A program made the translations under genes and the position numbers. Below are positions 47,501-56,163 of a stretch of 64,000 nucleotides of DNA, one piece after another (position 1 is the first letter of the stretch; each line of letters begins with the position of its first letter). The notes beneath the pieces were generated by a model. That model saw only the letters and a program-made list of their open reading frames with translations, had not been told where the DNA came from and made no database searches. Origin of the DNA: Clostridiaceae bacterium (GTDB taxonomy: Bacteria; Bacillota; Clostridia; Oscillospirales; Acutalibacteraceae); assembly GCA_016292455.1 (NCBI GenBank), contig JAEDIL010000001.1, positions 19,156 through 83,155 of the forward strand. Reading direction: 5' to 3'.

Positions 47501-48307
47501 ATGTTGAAAAGACTCATTTTTTCTGCATTAGTCCTGCTGATTATCATTGCCTATCCGCTTTACAACATAATCGCGTCCGGTTCAGATAAATCAATGCCCT
47601 CAGCCGATGTTTCAAAAGGGGCTTTTGTCCTTGAAAGCTACGCTGGATTATCCGTTGAAAAAGCGGACCAAAAAGTCAGGGCAGCTCAAAAAAAGCGCGA
47701 AGACGTACTCAATCGCCTGAGCGCAAACAAGCTGGTTGAAAATCAGATCCGTCTGCTTGACAAAGGAAAGCTCTCTTACCGAAAGGTTTTTGAAAACGTA
47801 TATTTTGCCGGCGATTCTCTGATGAACGGTCTCGAAGCCTATAACATTCTTAACTCCAAGCACCTTTTCACCCAGGTCAGTGCAAGCCTTTATCACCTTG
47901 AAGGCGTAACCGGCACGCTTGTTTCAATCCGGCCGCAGGTGCTCATTCTTCATTACGGACTCAACATGATAGGCGACCAGCAATATCACGTTGACTCGTT
48001 CATAAGTCAATATACCAAGGACATCAAGGCGCTCAGAAAAAAGCTGCCGGATACGAGAATAATTGTCAGTCTCCTTTTTCCCGTTGACACTTCGGTTGCA
48101 ACGGCGAAGCGTTTTAAATATGTTTCAAGATATAATGAGAGGCTTGTCAGAATGTGCAAGGAACTCGGCGTTGAATATCTTGATTCCACACCCGTTTTCA
48201 AAGGTCACAATGAGTTTTACGGCGCGGACGGAATTCACCTTTCCGCCTCGTTTTACAGCAAATACTGGCTGAAATATATTATGAGAGAAATGGAGATTTA
48301 CGCATGA
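47501..48307 (+). CDS. membrane-anchored SGNH/GDSL hydrolase-family protein
   Basis: N-terminal TM helix, block I YFAGDSLMNG and block V DGIHLS. Confidence 0.7.
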   Translation: MLKRLIFSALVLLIIIAYPLYNIIASGSDKSMPSADVSKGAFVLESYAGLSVEKADQKVRAAQKKREDVLNRLSANKLVENQIRLLDKGKLSYRKVFENVYFAGDSLMNGLEAYNILNSKHLFTQVSASLYHLEGVTGTLVSIRPQVLILHYGLNMIGDQQYHVDSFISQYTKDIKALRKKLPDTRIIVSLLFPVDTSVATAKRFKYVSRYNERLVRMCKELGVEYLDSTPVFKGHNEFYGADGIHLSASFYSKYWLKYIMREMEIYA

Positions 48308-48774
48308 GCAAGCAAAGATTCGGCGAGTTATTCTGCGTTGTTCTGCTTTTTGCTTTCATCGGCTTTTTGTTTTTTCAAAACAGCGCAGGGCAAAAGAGCG
48401 CCGAAGAGCTTTTTGATAAAATTTACTCCGCCGCAGATCTGAGCTATCTCAAAATCCGCGACAACCAGACCTTGAAAAAGGAATTTTCTTTCAGCAAAAA
48501 AGACGTTGAAAACGTTATTTATCTTTCCTCAGACTCGATTATGGAAGTGCGCGAACTGCTTTTGGTTGAAACAAAAAGCACCGATGACGTTGACGCAATA
48601 GTTGAGAAAATCAGGAGCCGCATTGAGAAAAAGAAAGCCCTTTTCAAAAACTACGCTCCCGAACAGAGTGCATTGCTTGAAAACTACGCCCTTGAAAAAA
48701 AGGGAAAGTTTATCATGTTCACCGTTTCCGACTCACCGGAAGAATTTATCAAGGCTTTTAAAAAAGCGCTGTAA
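48304..48774 (+). CDS. DUF4358-like membrane-anchored protein
   Basis: ATGA overlap with the preceding gene. N-terminal TM helix. ...VRELLLVETKSTDDVDAIVEKIRSRIE...FKNYAPEQSALLENY... resembles DUF4358, recalled from memory. Confidence 0.55.
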   Translation: MSKQRFGELFCVVLLFAFIGFLFFQNSAGQKSAEELFDKIYSAADLSYLKIRDNQTLKKEFSFSKKDVENVIYLSSDSIMEVRELLLVETKSTDDVDAIVEKIRSRIEKKKALFKNYAPEQSALLENYALEKKGKFIMFTVSDSPEEFIKAFKKAL

Positions 48775-48789
48775 AAAGGAGTTTGCCCG

Positions 48790-50205
48790 ATGGTTTTCAG
48801 CAGCACTGCTTTTTTGTTTGTTTTTCTGCCTGTTGTGCTTTTCTCTTACTTTGTAAAGCTTTTCAGAAATGACGAGCAAAAAGAGCTTACAAAAAAAAAT
48901 GCGGTTCTTTGCCTTTCAAGCCTTGTTTTTTATGCCTGGGGCGAACCGGTCTATATTGTCCTGATGCTTATCAGCATCATCTTCAACTACAATCTCGCAA
49001 TTGACCTTGAAGCAAACGCCGGGAGCGAAAAAAAACGCCGGGCTCTTCTTTTCTTTGCCGTGCTTTTCAATCTCGGAATTCTCGGCTTTTTCAAGTATTC
49101 CGGCTTTGTTGTTGAAAACATAAACTCAGTTTTTTCACTCAACATAAAATATGAACCCTTTGCCCTGCCTGTCGGCATTTCGTTTTATACCTTTCAGGTT
49201 CTTTCCTATGTTATCGACGTCTATCGCGGAGATTGCAGCGTTCAATACAGCCTTCTTAACTTCGCAACCTATGTTTCGATGTTTCCGCAGCTTATTGCCG
49301 GTCCCATCATTCAGTATAACGACATTGAAACGCAGCTTTCAGAAAGAACTCACACCCTGAAAAAATTCACCGCCGGAATACTCTTTTTTATCCGCGGCAT
49401 GGGCAAAAAGGTTCTTTTTGCCAACACAATCGGCGCCGTCTACACAAACCTCACCGCCGGAAATTCCGGCTCGCTCTGCTCCGCTGACGCGTGGTTCGCA
49501 ATTCTCTGCTACACGCTTCAGATTTACTTTGATTTCAGCGGTTACAGCGATATGGCGCTGGGACTCGGCAAAATGTTCGGTTTTGATTTTATTCAGAACT
49601 TCAACTTTCCCTATTGCGCCGAGAGCATCAAGGACTTCTGGAGCCGCTGGCACATTTCGCTTTCAGGCTGGTTCCGTGACTATGTATATATCCCGCTCGG
49701 CGGCAACCGCAAGGGCACAGCGAGAACAATATTCAACATCGCCGTTGTCTGGTGTCTTACGGGTCTGTGGCACGGGGCAAGCTGGAACTTTGTTGCCTGG
49801 GGCGCATTTTACGGCATTTTGCTCATCGGGGAGAAATATGTTTTCAAAAACCTTTCCGAAAAGCTTCCACGTCCTGCCAGACGGGTTGCAACAATGCTCA
49901 TCGTTATAATCGGCTGGGTCTTTTTTTCAAGCGAAAACCTTTCTTCGGCCGTCTCCTTCCTCTCTTCAATGTTCGGCGCAAACGGCTTTGCCGGTGATTC
50001 AACGCTCTATACTCTCAAAACGAACCTCTTCCCGTTCGCCGTAATGAGTCTGAGTGCGCTCGGCTTTTTCAAAAAGCTGCCGACCCTTAAAAATCAGGCG
50101 ATGAAATTAACCGTTCAGGCTGTCGGCTATCTTTTGGTCTTTATTCTCAGCATTGTTTTCATCGTCAGCAGCACATACAATCCTTTCCTTTATTTCAGAT
50201 TCTGA
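48790..50205 (+). CDS. MBOAT-family membrane O-acyltransferase (AlgI/DltB/PatA-like)
   Basis: 471-aa polytopic protein with FWSRWHISLSGWFRDYVYIPLGGNR containing the conserved MBOAT His. Confidence 0.85.
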   Translation: MVFSSTAFLFVFLPVVLFSYFVKLFRNDEQKELTKKNAVLCLSSLVFYAWGEPVYIVLMLISIIFNYNLAIDLEANAGSEKKRRALLFFAVLFNLGILGFFKYSGFVVENINSVFSLNIKYEPFALPVGISFYTFQVLSYVIDVYRGDCSVQYSLLNFATYVSMFPQLIAGPIIQYNDIETQLSERTHTLKKFTAGILFFIRGMGKKVLFANTIGAVYTNLTAGNSGSLCSADAWFAILCYTLQIYFDFSGYSDMALGLGKMFGFDFIQNFNFPYCAESIKDFWSRWHISLSGWFRDYVYIPLGGNRKGTARTIFNIAVVWCLTGLWHGASWNFVAWGAFYGILLIGEKYVFKNLSEKLPRPARRVATMLIVIIGWVFFSSENLSSAVSFLSSMFGANGFAGDSTLYTLKTNLFPFAVMSLSALGFFKKLPTLKNQAMKLTVQAVGYLLVFILSIVFIVSSTYNPFLYFRF

Positions 50206-50218
50206 TGAGGTTAACCAG

Positions 50219-51394
50219 ATGAACACGAACAAAACCACCGGGAATGAAAAAAAACATCGCCGCGCAATAACAGCGGTATGTATTGCTGTCATTACATTCT
50301 TTTGCGCAATAATTTTCGGCGGTTTCCTTCTTTCCGCCATTTTCCCCGACCGTGAAAAATCGGAAAACGAAAACCGCGTTCTGAAACAGTTTCCTAAATT
50401 CAGCCTTTCCGCTCTTTTTGACGGAAGCTTCACAAAAAACCTTGAAATCTATCTGAACGACCAGTTCCCTTTCCGCGACAGCATAATAACTTTCAAAACA
50501 AAGGTTGACCGCATTGCGGGAAAAACCGAGGAAAACGGCGTTTATATCGGCAAGGACAAATTCCTCTTTGAAGCACCTGCAAAAGCAGATAACGTCAAGC
50601 TGAAAGAACTGACAAAGGCAATCACAGATTTTTCAAGGAAAAACAAAAAACTGAAAAAAGCGTTCATTCTTTCTCCGAATGCCTCGGATATTCTTCCGGA
50701 AAAATTCCCGACTGCGCTGAAACCCGGGGACAGAAGCGGAGTTTTCAGCTTCATCAGGAAAAACATTCCGGGTGTTTCGTGGATAGACTGCAAAGGCGTT
50801 TTTGAAAAACAAAAGAACAAATCCGACCTTTTTTACCGCACCGACCACCACTGGACGACCCGCGCCGCGTACCTTTCATTCAATGAGCTTTCCTCTCTCT
50901 GGAGCTTGGGCGCAAAAAAAAGAGACTTTTCCTTTTATCCCGTTTCCGCTTCGTTTCAAGGTACGCTTTCCTCTTCTGCCGCCGTAAACGACGCTGCGGA
51001 CATAATTGAAATCTGCGTCCCGAAAAAGCAGGCGGGAAAATATACGGTGCTTTATGAAAGTTCAAGCCGAAAAACTGCTTCGCTCTTTGAAAAGGAAAAG
51101 CTCAGCCAAAAAAATCAGTACGAGGTCTTTCTCGGCGGCAATCATGACAAGGTAATCATCTCAACCGCGGCGGACACCCCTGCAACACTCCTTGTTTTAA
51201 AGGATTCCTACGCAAACTGTATGCTTCCGATGCTTACTCCGTATTTTTCAAAAATAGTTGTTATTGACCCCAGATATTTTTCAGACAGTCTCAAAGCAGT
51301 AATGAGCGAAACAAAATTTACACATGTTCTTTTCGTTTACAACATGGACACCCTCCTCGGCGACACCTCACTCGTTCCTGCACTCAAAGGCTGA
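50219..51394 (+). CDS. DHHW-family protein (AlgJ/PatB-like extracytoplasmic partner)
   Basis: Start at the ATG at 50219. TM anchor, and the literal DHHW motif in LFYRTDHHWTTRAAY. Confidence 0.8.
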   Translation: MNTNKTTGNEKKHRRAITAVCIAVITFFCAIIFGGFLLSAIFPDREKSENENRVLKQFPKFSLSALFDGSFTKNLEIYLNDQFPFRDSIITFKTKVDRIAGKTEENGVYIGKDKFLFEAPAKADNVKLKELTKAITDFSRKNKKLKKAFILSPNASDILPEKFPTALKPGDRSGVFSFIRKNIPGVSWIDCKGVFEKQKNKSDLFYRTDHHWTTRAAYLSFNELSSLWSLGAKKRDFSFYPVSASFQGTLSSSAAVNDAADIIEICVPKKQAGKYTVLYESSSRKTASLFEKEKLSQKNQYEVFLGGNHDKVIISTAADTPATLLVLKDSYANCMLPMLTPYFSKIVVIDPRYFSDSLKAVMSETKFTHVLFVYNMDTLLGDTSLVPALKG

Positions 51395-51423
51395 ACAAAA
51401 ATTATATGATTGGAGAAAAACAA

Positions 51424-52044
51424 ATGAGTGAAACAAAAGAAATGCTTCATTCCGGCGAGCTCTATTGCTGTGATGACGATAACCTCATGAACGAGCAGCT
51501 GCTTTGCCTTGAAAAGCTCTATGACTTCAACGCAACACGTCCGCTTGAACAGGAAAAGCGTTCGCAGCTGCTGAAAGAAATGTTTGCCGAAATCGGAGAA
51601 GGCTGCTATATCGAACCTCCGTTTCACGCGAATTGGGGCGGCAGACACGTTCACTTCGGCAAAAATGTTTATGCGAACTTCAATCTCACCCTTGTTGACG
51701 ACACACACATTTATGTCGGTGACTGCACAATGCTCGCGCCGAATGTCACCGTTGCAACCGCAGGTCACCCTATTCTGCCCTCCCTGCGTGAAAAGGTTTT
51801 TCAGTTCAATATGCCCGTCCATATCGGCAGAAACTGCTGGATCGGCGCGGGCGCACTCATTCTGCCCGGAGTCACGATAGGCGACAACACAGTGATCGGC
51901 GCAGGATCTGTGGTAACAAAAGATATTCCGGCAAATGTGGTTGCGGTCGGCAATCCCTGCCGCGTTGTTCGCGAAATCAGCGAGCACGACAAAGAGTTCT
52001 ATTACGGGGAAAGGCGCATTCCCGAAAAGCTCCTTTCCGAATAA
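51424..52044 (+). CDS. maa: sugar O-acetyltransferase (maltose/galactoside acetyltransferase, hexapeptide repeat)
   Basis: Start at the ATG at 51424 (GGAG upstream). Mac N-terminal domain (MLHSGELY...) followed by left-handed beta-helix repeats (IGRNCWIGAGALILPGVTIGDNTVIGAGSVV). Confidence 0.85.
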   Translation: MSETKEMLHSGELYCCDDDNLMNEQLLCLEKLYDFNATRPLEQEKRSQLLKEMFAEIGEGCYIEPPFHANWGGRHVHFGKNVYANFNLTLVDDTHIYVGDCTMLAPNVTVATAGHPILPSLREKVFQFNMPVHIGRNCWIGAGALILPGVTIGDNTVIGAGSVVTKDIPANVVAVGNPCRVVREISEHDKEFYYGERRIPEKLLSE

Positions 52045-52053
52045 CAAAAACAA

Positions 52054-52099
52054 AACTATAAGCCGCAGACAACCGGGAAAGCTGTCATGGCTTATAGTT
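52054..52099. terminator. bidirectional terminator
   Basis: aactataagcc (52054-52064) pairs with ggcttatagtt (52089-52099). Confidence 0.7.
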
Positions 52100-52134
52100 T
52101 ATCTTTGTTTATGAATTTTTCTGATGCCGCCTTT

Positions 52135-52758
52135 TCAGCGGTATATAGAGTATTTTTTATAGATGTCGCTTTCCTTCTGGCTTTTTGAGCCGAGAAAATA
52201 TGTATAGCTCAAAAACCTTGACATGTCCTCAACCGGAATTTTCATTCCGTTGTTCATCCATTCAAGAATTGTTGCCAGCATACCCGAAAGCGCAAAGGTG
52301 GTCAGATAATTTCTCGGGTCGTTCTCCGGAAAAAACACAGCGGAATCGGGAATAACGCAGCGCACCGCCAGCTTGATTTTTTCCGCAAGGTGATTGTTGC
52401 AGTCGTTGCGGGTGATGAAGCGGCAGACGGCATAATTTTCCTTGCAGAATTCAAGAAACCCTGAAAGGTATTCGACAATGCATTCAATGTCACTGAAATC
52501 GTTTTTGTAATTGACAACCGTTTCAACAAAAACCTCATAAATCTCCTGCTGAATTTTCTCCATCATGTCAAAGATGTCGTTGTAATAAAGATAAAAAGTT
52601 GAACGGTTGACATCAGCAAGCGTAGTCAGCTCCGTAACAGTTATCTGATTTATATTTTTCTTTTCCAGAAGAGCAAAAAGGCTGTCCCTCAGGTTCTTTT
52701 TTGTTCTTTTCACTCTCCTGTCCTCTTTTTGAGGATTTTTATTTGAATTGTGTGGCAT
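52135..52758 (-). CDS. TetR/AcrR-family transcriptional regulator
   Basis: N-terminal HTH: KKNLRDSLFALLEKKNINQITVTELTTLADVNRSTFYLYY. Confidence 0.85.
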   Translation of the reverse strand: MPHNSNKNPQKEDRRVKRTKKNLRDSLFALLEKKNINQITVTELTTLADVNRSTFYLYYNDIFDMMEKIQQEIYEVFVETVVNYKNDFSDIECIVEYLSGFLEFCKENYAVCRFITRNDCNNHLAEKIKLAVRCVIPDSAVFFPENDPRNYLTTFALSGMLATILEWMNNGMKIPVEDMSRFLSYTYFLGSKSQKESDIYKKYSIYR

Positions 52759-52776
52759 TATTTACCTCCGATATTC

Positions 52777-52799
52777 AACAAAAATTCATATATTTGTTG
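52777..52799. promoter_or_regulatory. inverted repeat, candidate operator
   Basis: CAACAAA, 9 nt, then TTTGTTG, immediately upstream of the tetR start. Confidence 0.35.
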
Positions 52800-52819
52800 T
52801 TTATTGAACAAATCACCCG

Positions 52820-52858
52820 TTGAATAGTGTTTGAAAAAAAGATAAAATAGTGTATAAT
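52820..52858 (+). promoter_or_regulatory. promoter(s) of the divergent membrane-protein gene
   Basis: TTGAAT (52820-52825), 17 nt, then TAAAAT (52843-52848). This overlaps an alternative pairing, TTGAAA, 16 nt, then TATAAT (52853-52858). Confidence 0.55.
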
Positions 52859-52861
52859 TTG

Positions 52862-52887
52862 ACAGGTGTTAATCATTCCACACCTGT
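52862..52887. promoter_or_regulatory. inverted repeat just downstream of the promoter, candidate TetR operator
   Basis: ACAGGTGT, 10 nt, then ACACCTGT (8-bp perfect arms). Confidence 0.4.
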
Positions 52888-52980
52888 TGAATATCTCGAC
52901 ACTTACCATTATATACAAATCCGGGAATAAATCAACATTTTTTTATTTTTTCGCCTGCTGTCAAGTTTTCGGGGCGGATA

Positions 52981-54285
52981 TTGAAAAAAAACAAACGAAA
53001 GGAAATCAAAATGATCCGGGAGAACCAGTTAACCCTCGCACTCAAAAAAAGAAAAACCGCGTTCCTGCTTTCCGTTGTTGCCGGAATATATTTCTTCTCT
53101 TTTGCCTTCCTCGAAAATCCGCTGCATTCAACAATCAGCGACATCGGACGGACAAGGTTGCCGTTCTTGGCAATTTACTGCATTCTTATTCCGCTTTTCA
53201 ACGTTGTGAATTTCAACTATACCCTGAGAGCGTTCAGGCTTAAAGCTCCGGTTCTTCACAGAGCGTTTCTGATTTCAAACATACTTGTCGGTTTTGTTGC
53301 CACAACTCTCATGCCTGACCCTGCCGTTGGAAAGGTCACAACGTTTTCGGTTCTGCTGCACTGGCTTGCAGGCTTCGGCAACATCGTTTTTAATGCAACG
53401 GTTGTTCTCATAATCTGCTGCCGGCTTTACAGACGGACAAAAAGCAAAAAGGTGAAAGCTCTTTTCATTTCCGGAACAGCCGCCTGCATTGCAATTCTCG
53501 TTGTTTTTGTTGTTATGACTCTCGTTCTTGGCGGAACACAGAAAAGCAAAAACGGTCTTTACGAAATTGTTCCCGTTGTTACCACCGGTGTTGTTCTTTT
53601 TGTTCTCAATCATACAAACATCATTTCTCCAAAAAAAATGCGTGACAGCGAAGAAAAAGCCCTCAAAGTTCAGGACACAAGCCTGTTCACTGCCGTTTCC
53701 CATTTTTTCCTTGCGGCTGCGTGGCTGTTCTTCACGTTCTATGCCTTTGTAAGAAACCCGGTGAATTTCACAATCAGTATGACCGGACTTGATTATCCGC
53801 TCGGCTTCGGCGTAACCTGCGCCCTCATAAGCGTCGGACTCAGTCTGAATTTCATTCTTGCGTTCAGACGCAGCGGCTATAAAAATATTTTCACTTATAT
53901 TGTCGCTGTCAGCGGCTCGCTTGTTCTAATGCTTTGCATTGCCGCCCCCACAACTCACAGAGGTGACGGACTGAACCTTGTTCATTCGGTTGCGGCGGTT
54001 GCTTTCTTTGTTCTCATTATGGTTGCAGTCATTCTCTTCTGCCTTTTCAAACGCAGGGAAAACAAACTGTATACGCGTATCGGTCTAGGAATGCTTGTCA
54101 TTCTTGCCCTCACGCTAATCGTCGCCTATGTTATGAACATTCTGCTTGAACAAAGGTACGGCAGAACGGGACTTGTTGAAATCATACCGCTTCAATATGT
54201 AATTTTCTTCCTGTTTTTTGAGAACTATACCGATGCTTTTAAGTCTGAAAACAAGCTTGCTTCATCGGAAAAGACTAAGGTCTGA
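52981..54285 (+). CDS. polytopic membrane protein made of two homologous DUF998-like halves
   Basis: 434 aa with a TTG start (an alternative ATG lies at 53011). The halves align: ENPLHSTISDIG...LLHWLAGFGNIVF versus RNPVNFTISMTG...LVHSVAAVAFFVL. Confidence 0.6.
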   Translation: MKKNKRKEIKMIRENQLTLALKKRKTAFLLSVVAGIYFFSFAFLENPLHSTISDIGRTRLPFLAIYCILIPLFNVVNFNYTLRAFRLKAPVLHRAFLISNILVGFVATTLMPDPAVGKVTTFSVLLHWLAGFGNIVFNATVVLIICCRLYRRTKSKKVKALFISGTAACIAILVVFVVMTLVLGGTQKSKNGLYEIVPVVTTGVVLFVLNHTNIISPKKMRDSEEKALKVQDTSLFTAVSHFFLAAAWLFFTFYAFVRNPVNFTISMTGLDYPLGFGVTCALISVGLSLNFILAFRRSGYKNIFTYIVAVSGSLVLMLCIAAPTTHRGDGLNLVHSVAAVAFFVLIMVAVILFCLFKRRENKLYTRIGLGMLVILALTLIVAYVMNILLEQRYGRTGLVEIIPLQYVIFFLFFENYTDAFKSENKLASSEKTKV

Positions 54286-54299
54286 ATCTTATCTCCCAT

Positions 54300-54342
54300 G
54301 AAAAAAACGAAAGGGGACGAACAACGCTCCTTTCGTTTTTTT
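54300..54342 (+). terminator. intrinsic terminator of the membrane-protein gene
   Basis: acgaaagg pairs with cctttcgt, followed by tttttt. Confidence 0.75.
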
Positions 54343-54368
54343 ATGTGTGACATGACCTGGAACAAAAT

Positions 54369-54407
54369 AAAAACGGGCGTTCTTATTCACAGAACAGCCC
54401 GTTTTTT
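54369..54407. terminator. bidirectional terminator (ends the metK transcript on the minus strand)
   Basis: aaaaacgggcgttct pairs with agaacagcccgttttt, with flanking A and T runs. Confidence 0.8.
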
Positions 54408-54414
54408 CGGATAT

Positions 54415-54726
54415 TCAGCCTTTTTCTTCAAGCAATTCATAGTCAAGTGCATCGTATGAGCTTCTCAGAAAAACCTGCCCTTTTTCGTTCCAACCTATCA
54501 GCGTTACAGGATAATATCTGTTTTTGTCCTTATCCTCGTAATGCTCAAAATCATCGGATTCGTCAGGGAAATATTCAAGTTCGTCCGCCGCTTTTTCTGC
54601 AACATAGCCGTTTTTGTCAATTACACATTCATGAACCGCAAGAGAATCGCTTTTGCTTTCATACCTTTCCGTTGCATTGCTGTAGATTATCCTCAGATGC
54701 CGGCAAGCCTGCGAAGTTCTTCCGCC
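54415..54726 (-). pseudogene. 103-codon open reading frame with no ATG/GTG/TTG start (frameshifted gene, non-canonical start or remnant)
   Basis: Open from the in-frame TAA (54727-54729) to the TGA (54415-54417). Translation ...YESKSDSLAVHECVIDKNGYVAEKAADELEYFPDESDDFEHYEDKDKNRYYPVTLIGWNEKGQVFLRSSYDALDYELLEEKG. ATGs at 54677 and 54662 lie one frame off. It sits between the metK stop and the terminator. Confidence 0.4.
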
Positions 54727-55877
54727 TTATCAGTCTTTTCCCAGCAGACACCAAGCTCCTCTCTGCCGATGTGACCGTATGAGGAAAGGGGACGATAAAT
54801 CGGAGCGCGGAGGTTCAGCGCGTCAATAATCGCAGCCGGGCGAAGGTCAAAGACCTTGCTGACAATCCCGGCGAGCTTGTCCTCAGGAATCTTTGCCGTT
54901 GCGAAAGTTTCAACAAGAACCGAAACCGGCTTTGCAACGCCGATTGCATAGGCAAGCTGAACTTCACACTTTGAGGCAAGACCTGCGGCAACAATGTTCT
55001 TTGCAACATATCTCGCGGCGTATGCAGCGCTGCGGTCAACCTTTGTGGGATCCTTTCCCGAGAAAGCACCGCCGCCATGGCGTGAGTATCCGCCGTAGGT
55101 ATCAACAATAATTTTTCTTCCGGTCAGGCCGCTGTCCCCCTGAGGTCCGCCGATTACAAAGCGGCCTGTCGGATTGACGTATATTTTTGTTTCCGCGCTC
55201 ATCAGCTCAGTGGGGATAACCGCTTCAATAACGTGCTTTTTAATATCCTCTCTGATTGTTTCAAGGGAAACGTCATCGCTGTGCTGAGAGGAAACAACAA
55301 CCGCTGTAACGGCGACGGGCTTGTCATCATCATATTCAACGGTCACCTGACTTTTTCCATCCGGGCGAAGATACGGAAGAGTTCCGTTCTTCCTGACTTC
55401 GGTGAGCTTCTTTGTGAGCTTGTGAGCGAGAGAAATGGGCAGCGGCATAAGCTCCGGTGTTTCGTTGCAGGCAAAGCCGAACATCATGCCCTGGTCCCCT
55501 GCGCCGTTGAGATTATATTTGTCTTCTTCACCGTCTTTCAGTTCGAGTGATTTATCAACGCCCATTGCAATGTCGCCTGACTGCTTGTCAAGGGTGACAG
55601 TCACGTTGCAGGTGTTGCCGTCGAAGCCTTTTTCGGGTGAATCATAGCCGATGTCGCAGATTGCCTTTCTTGCAATTGCTTCAATGTCAAGTTCAGCCGT
55701 GGTGCTGATTTCGCCCATGATGAAAACCTGATTGGTTGTGATTGCCGTTTCGCAGGCGACTCTTCCTTCGGGGTCTTTTTCAAAAATTGCGTCAAGAACA
55801 GAATCGGAAATTCTGTCGCAGATTTTGTCGGGATGTCCTTCGGTAACGGACTCAGAGGTAAAAAGATGCTTTGCCAT
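54693..55877 (-). CDS. metK: S-adenosylmethionine synthase
   Basis: [21 protein letters not shown]..., [28 protein letters not shown]. Confidence 0.97.
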   Translation of the reverse strand: MAKHLFTSESVTEGHPDKICDRISDSVLDAIFEKDPEGRVACETAITTNQVFIMGEISTTAELDIEAIARKAICDIGYDSPEKGFDGNTCNVTVTLDKQSGDIAMGVDKSLELKDGEEDKYNLNGAGDQGMMFGFACNETPELMPLPISLAHKLTKKLTEVRKNGTLPYLRPDGKSQVTVEYDDDKPVAVTAVVVSSQHSDDVSLETIREDIKKHVIEAVIPTELMSAETKIYVNPTGRFVIGGPQGDSGLTGRKIIVDTYGGYSRHGGGAFSGKDPTKVDRSAAYAARYVAKNIVAAGLASKCEVQLAYAIGVAKPVSVLVETFATAKIPEDKLAGIVSKVFDLRPAAIIDALNLRAPIYRPLSSYGHIGREELGVCWEKTDKAEELRRLAGI

Positions 55878-55924
55878 TTCAATACTCCTTTAATTTATAT
55901 TTTTCCTAATAAGATAAGTAACAG

Positions 55925-56054
55925 AAAAACTCCGGCCGAATCCCGACCGGAGATAAAAGCCTTATCTTTCGGTCAAGACCGCAGGATTTAGCACCTTGCA
56001 AAAGCAGGTTGCCGAGCTTCAAAGGGCCTGTTCCCTCAGCTACTCTTAATAAGG
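55925..56054 (-). promoter_or_regulatory. SAM-I (S-box) riboswitch with terminator expression platform
   Basis: The minus strand reads CTTATTAAGAGTAGCTGAGGGAACAGGCCCTTTGAAGCTCGGCAACC...AAGGTGCTAAATCCTGCGG...AAAGATAAGG. This is followed by the hairpin ctccggtcgg/ccggccggag (one mismatched pair) and TTTTT (55925-55952). Confidence 0.85.
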
Positions 56055-56094
56055 AAATATTCAGTTAATGGGCAGCTCTCACTGCTGGTGTTTG

Positions 56095-56123
56095 ATTATA
56101 CACTCATTCTTTCCGCTTGTCAA
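56095..56123 (-). promoter_or_regulatory. consensus sigma-A promoter of the S-box-metK unit
   Basis: On the minus strand: TTGACA (56123-56118), 17 nt, then TATAAT (56100-56095). Confidence 0.75.
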
Positions 56124-56163
56124 TAGCTTTGTTCAAGGTTTCAAAAGCAATCACCCGGTTCAT

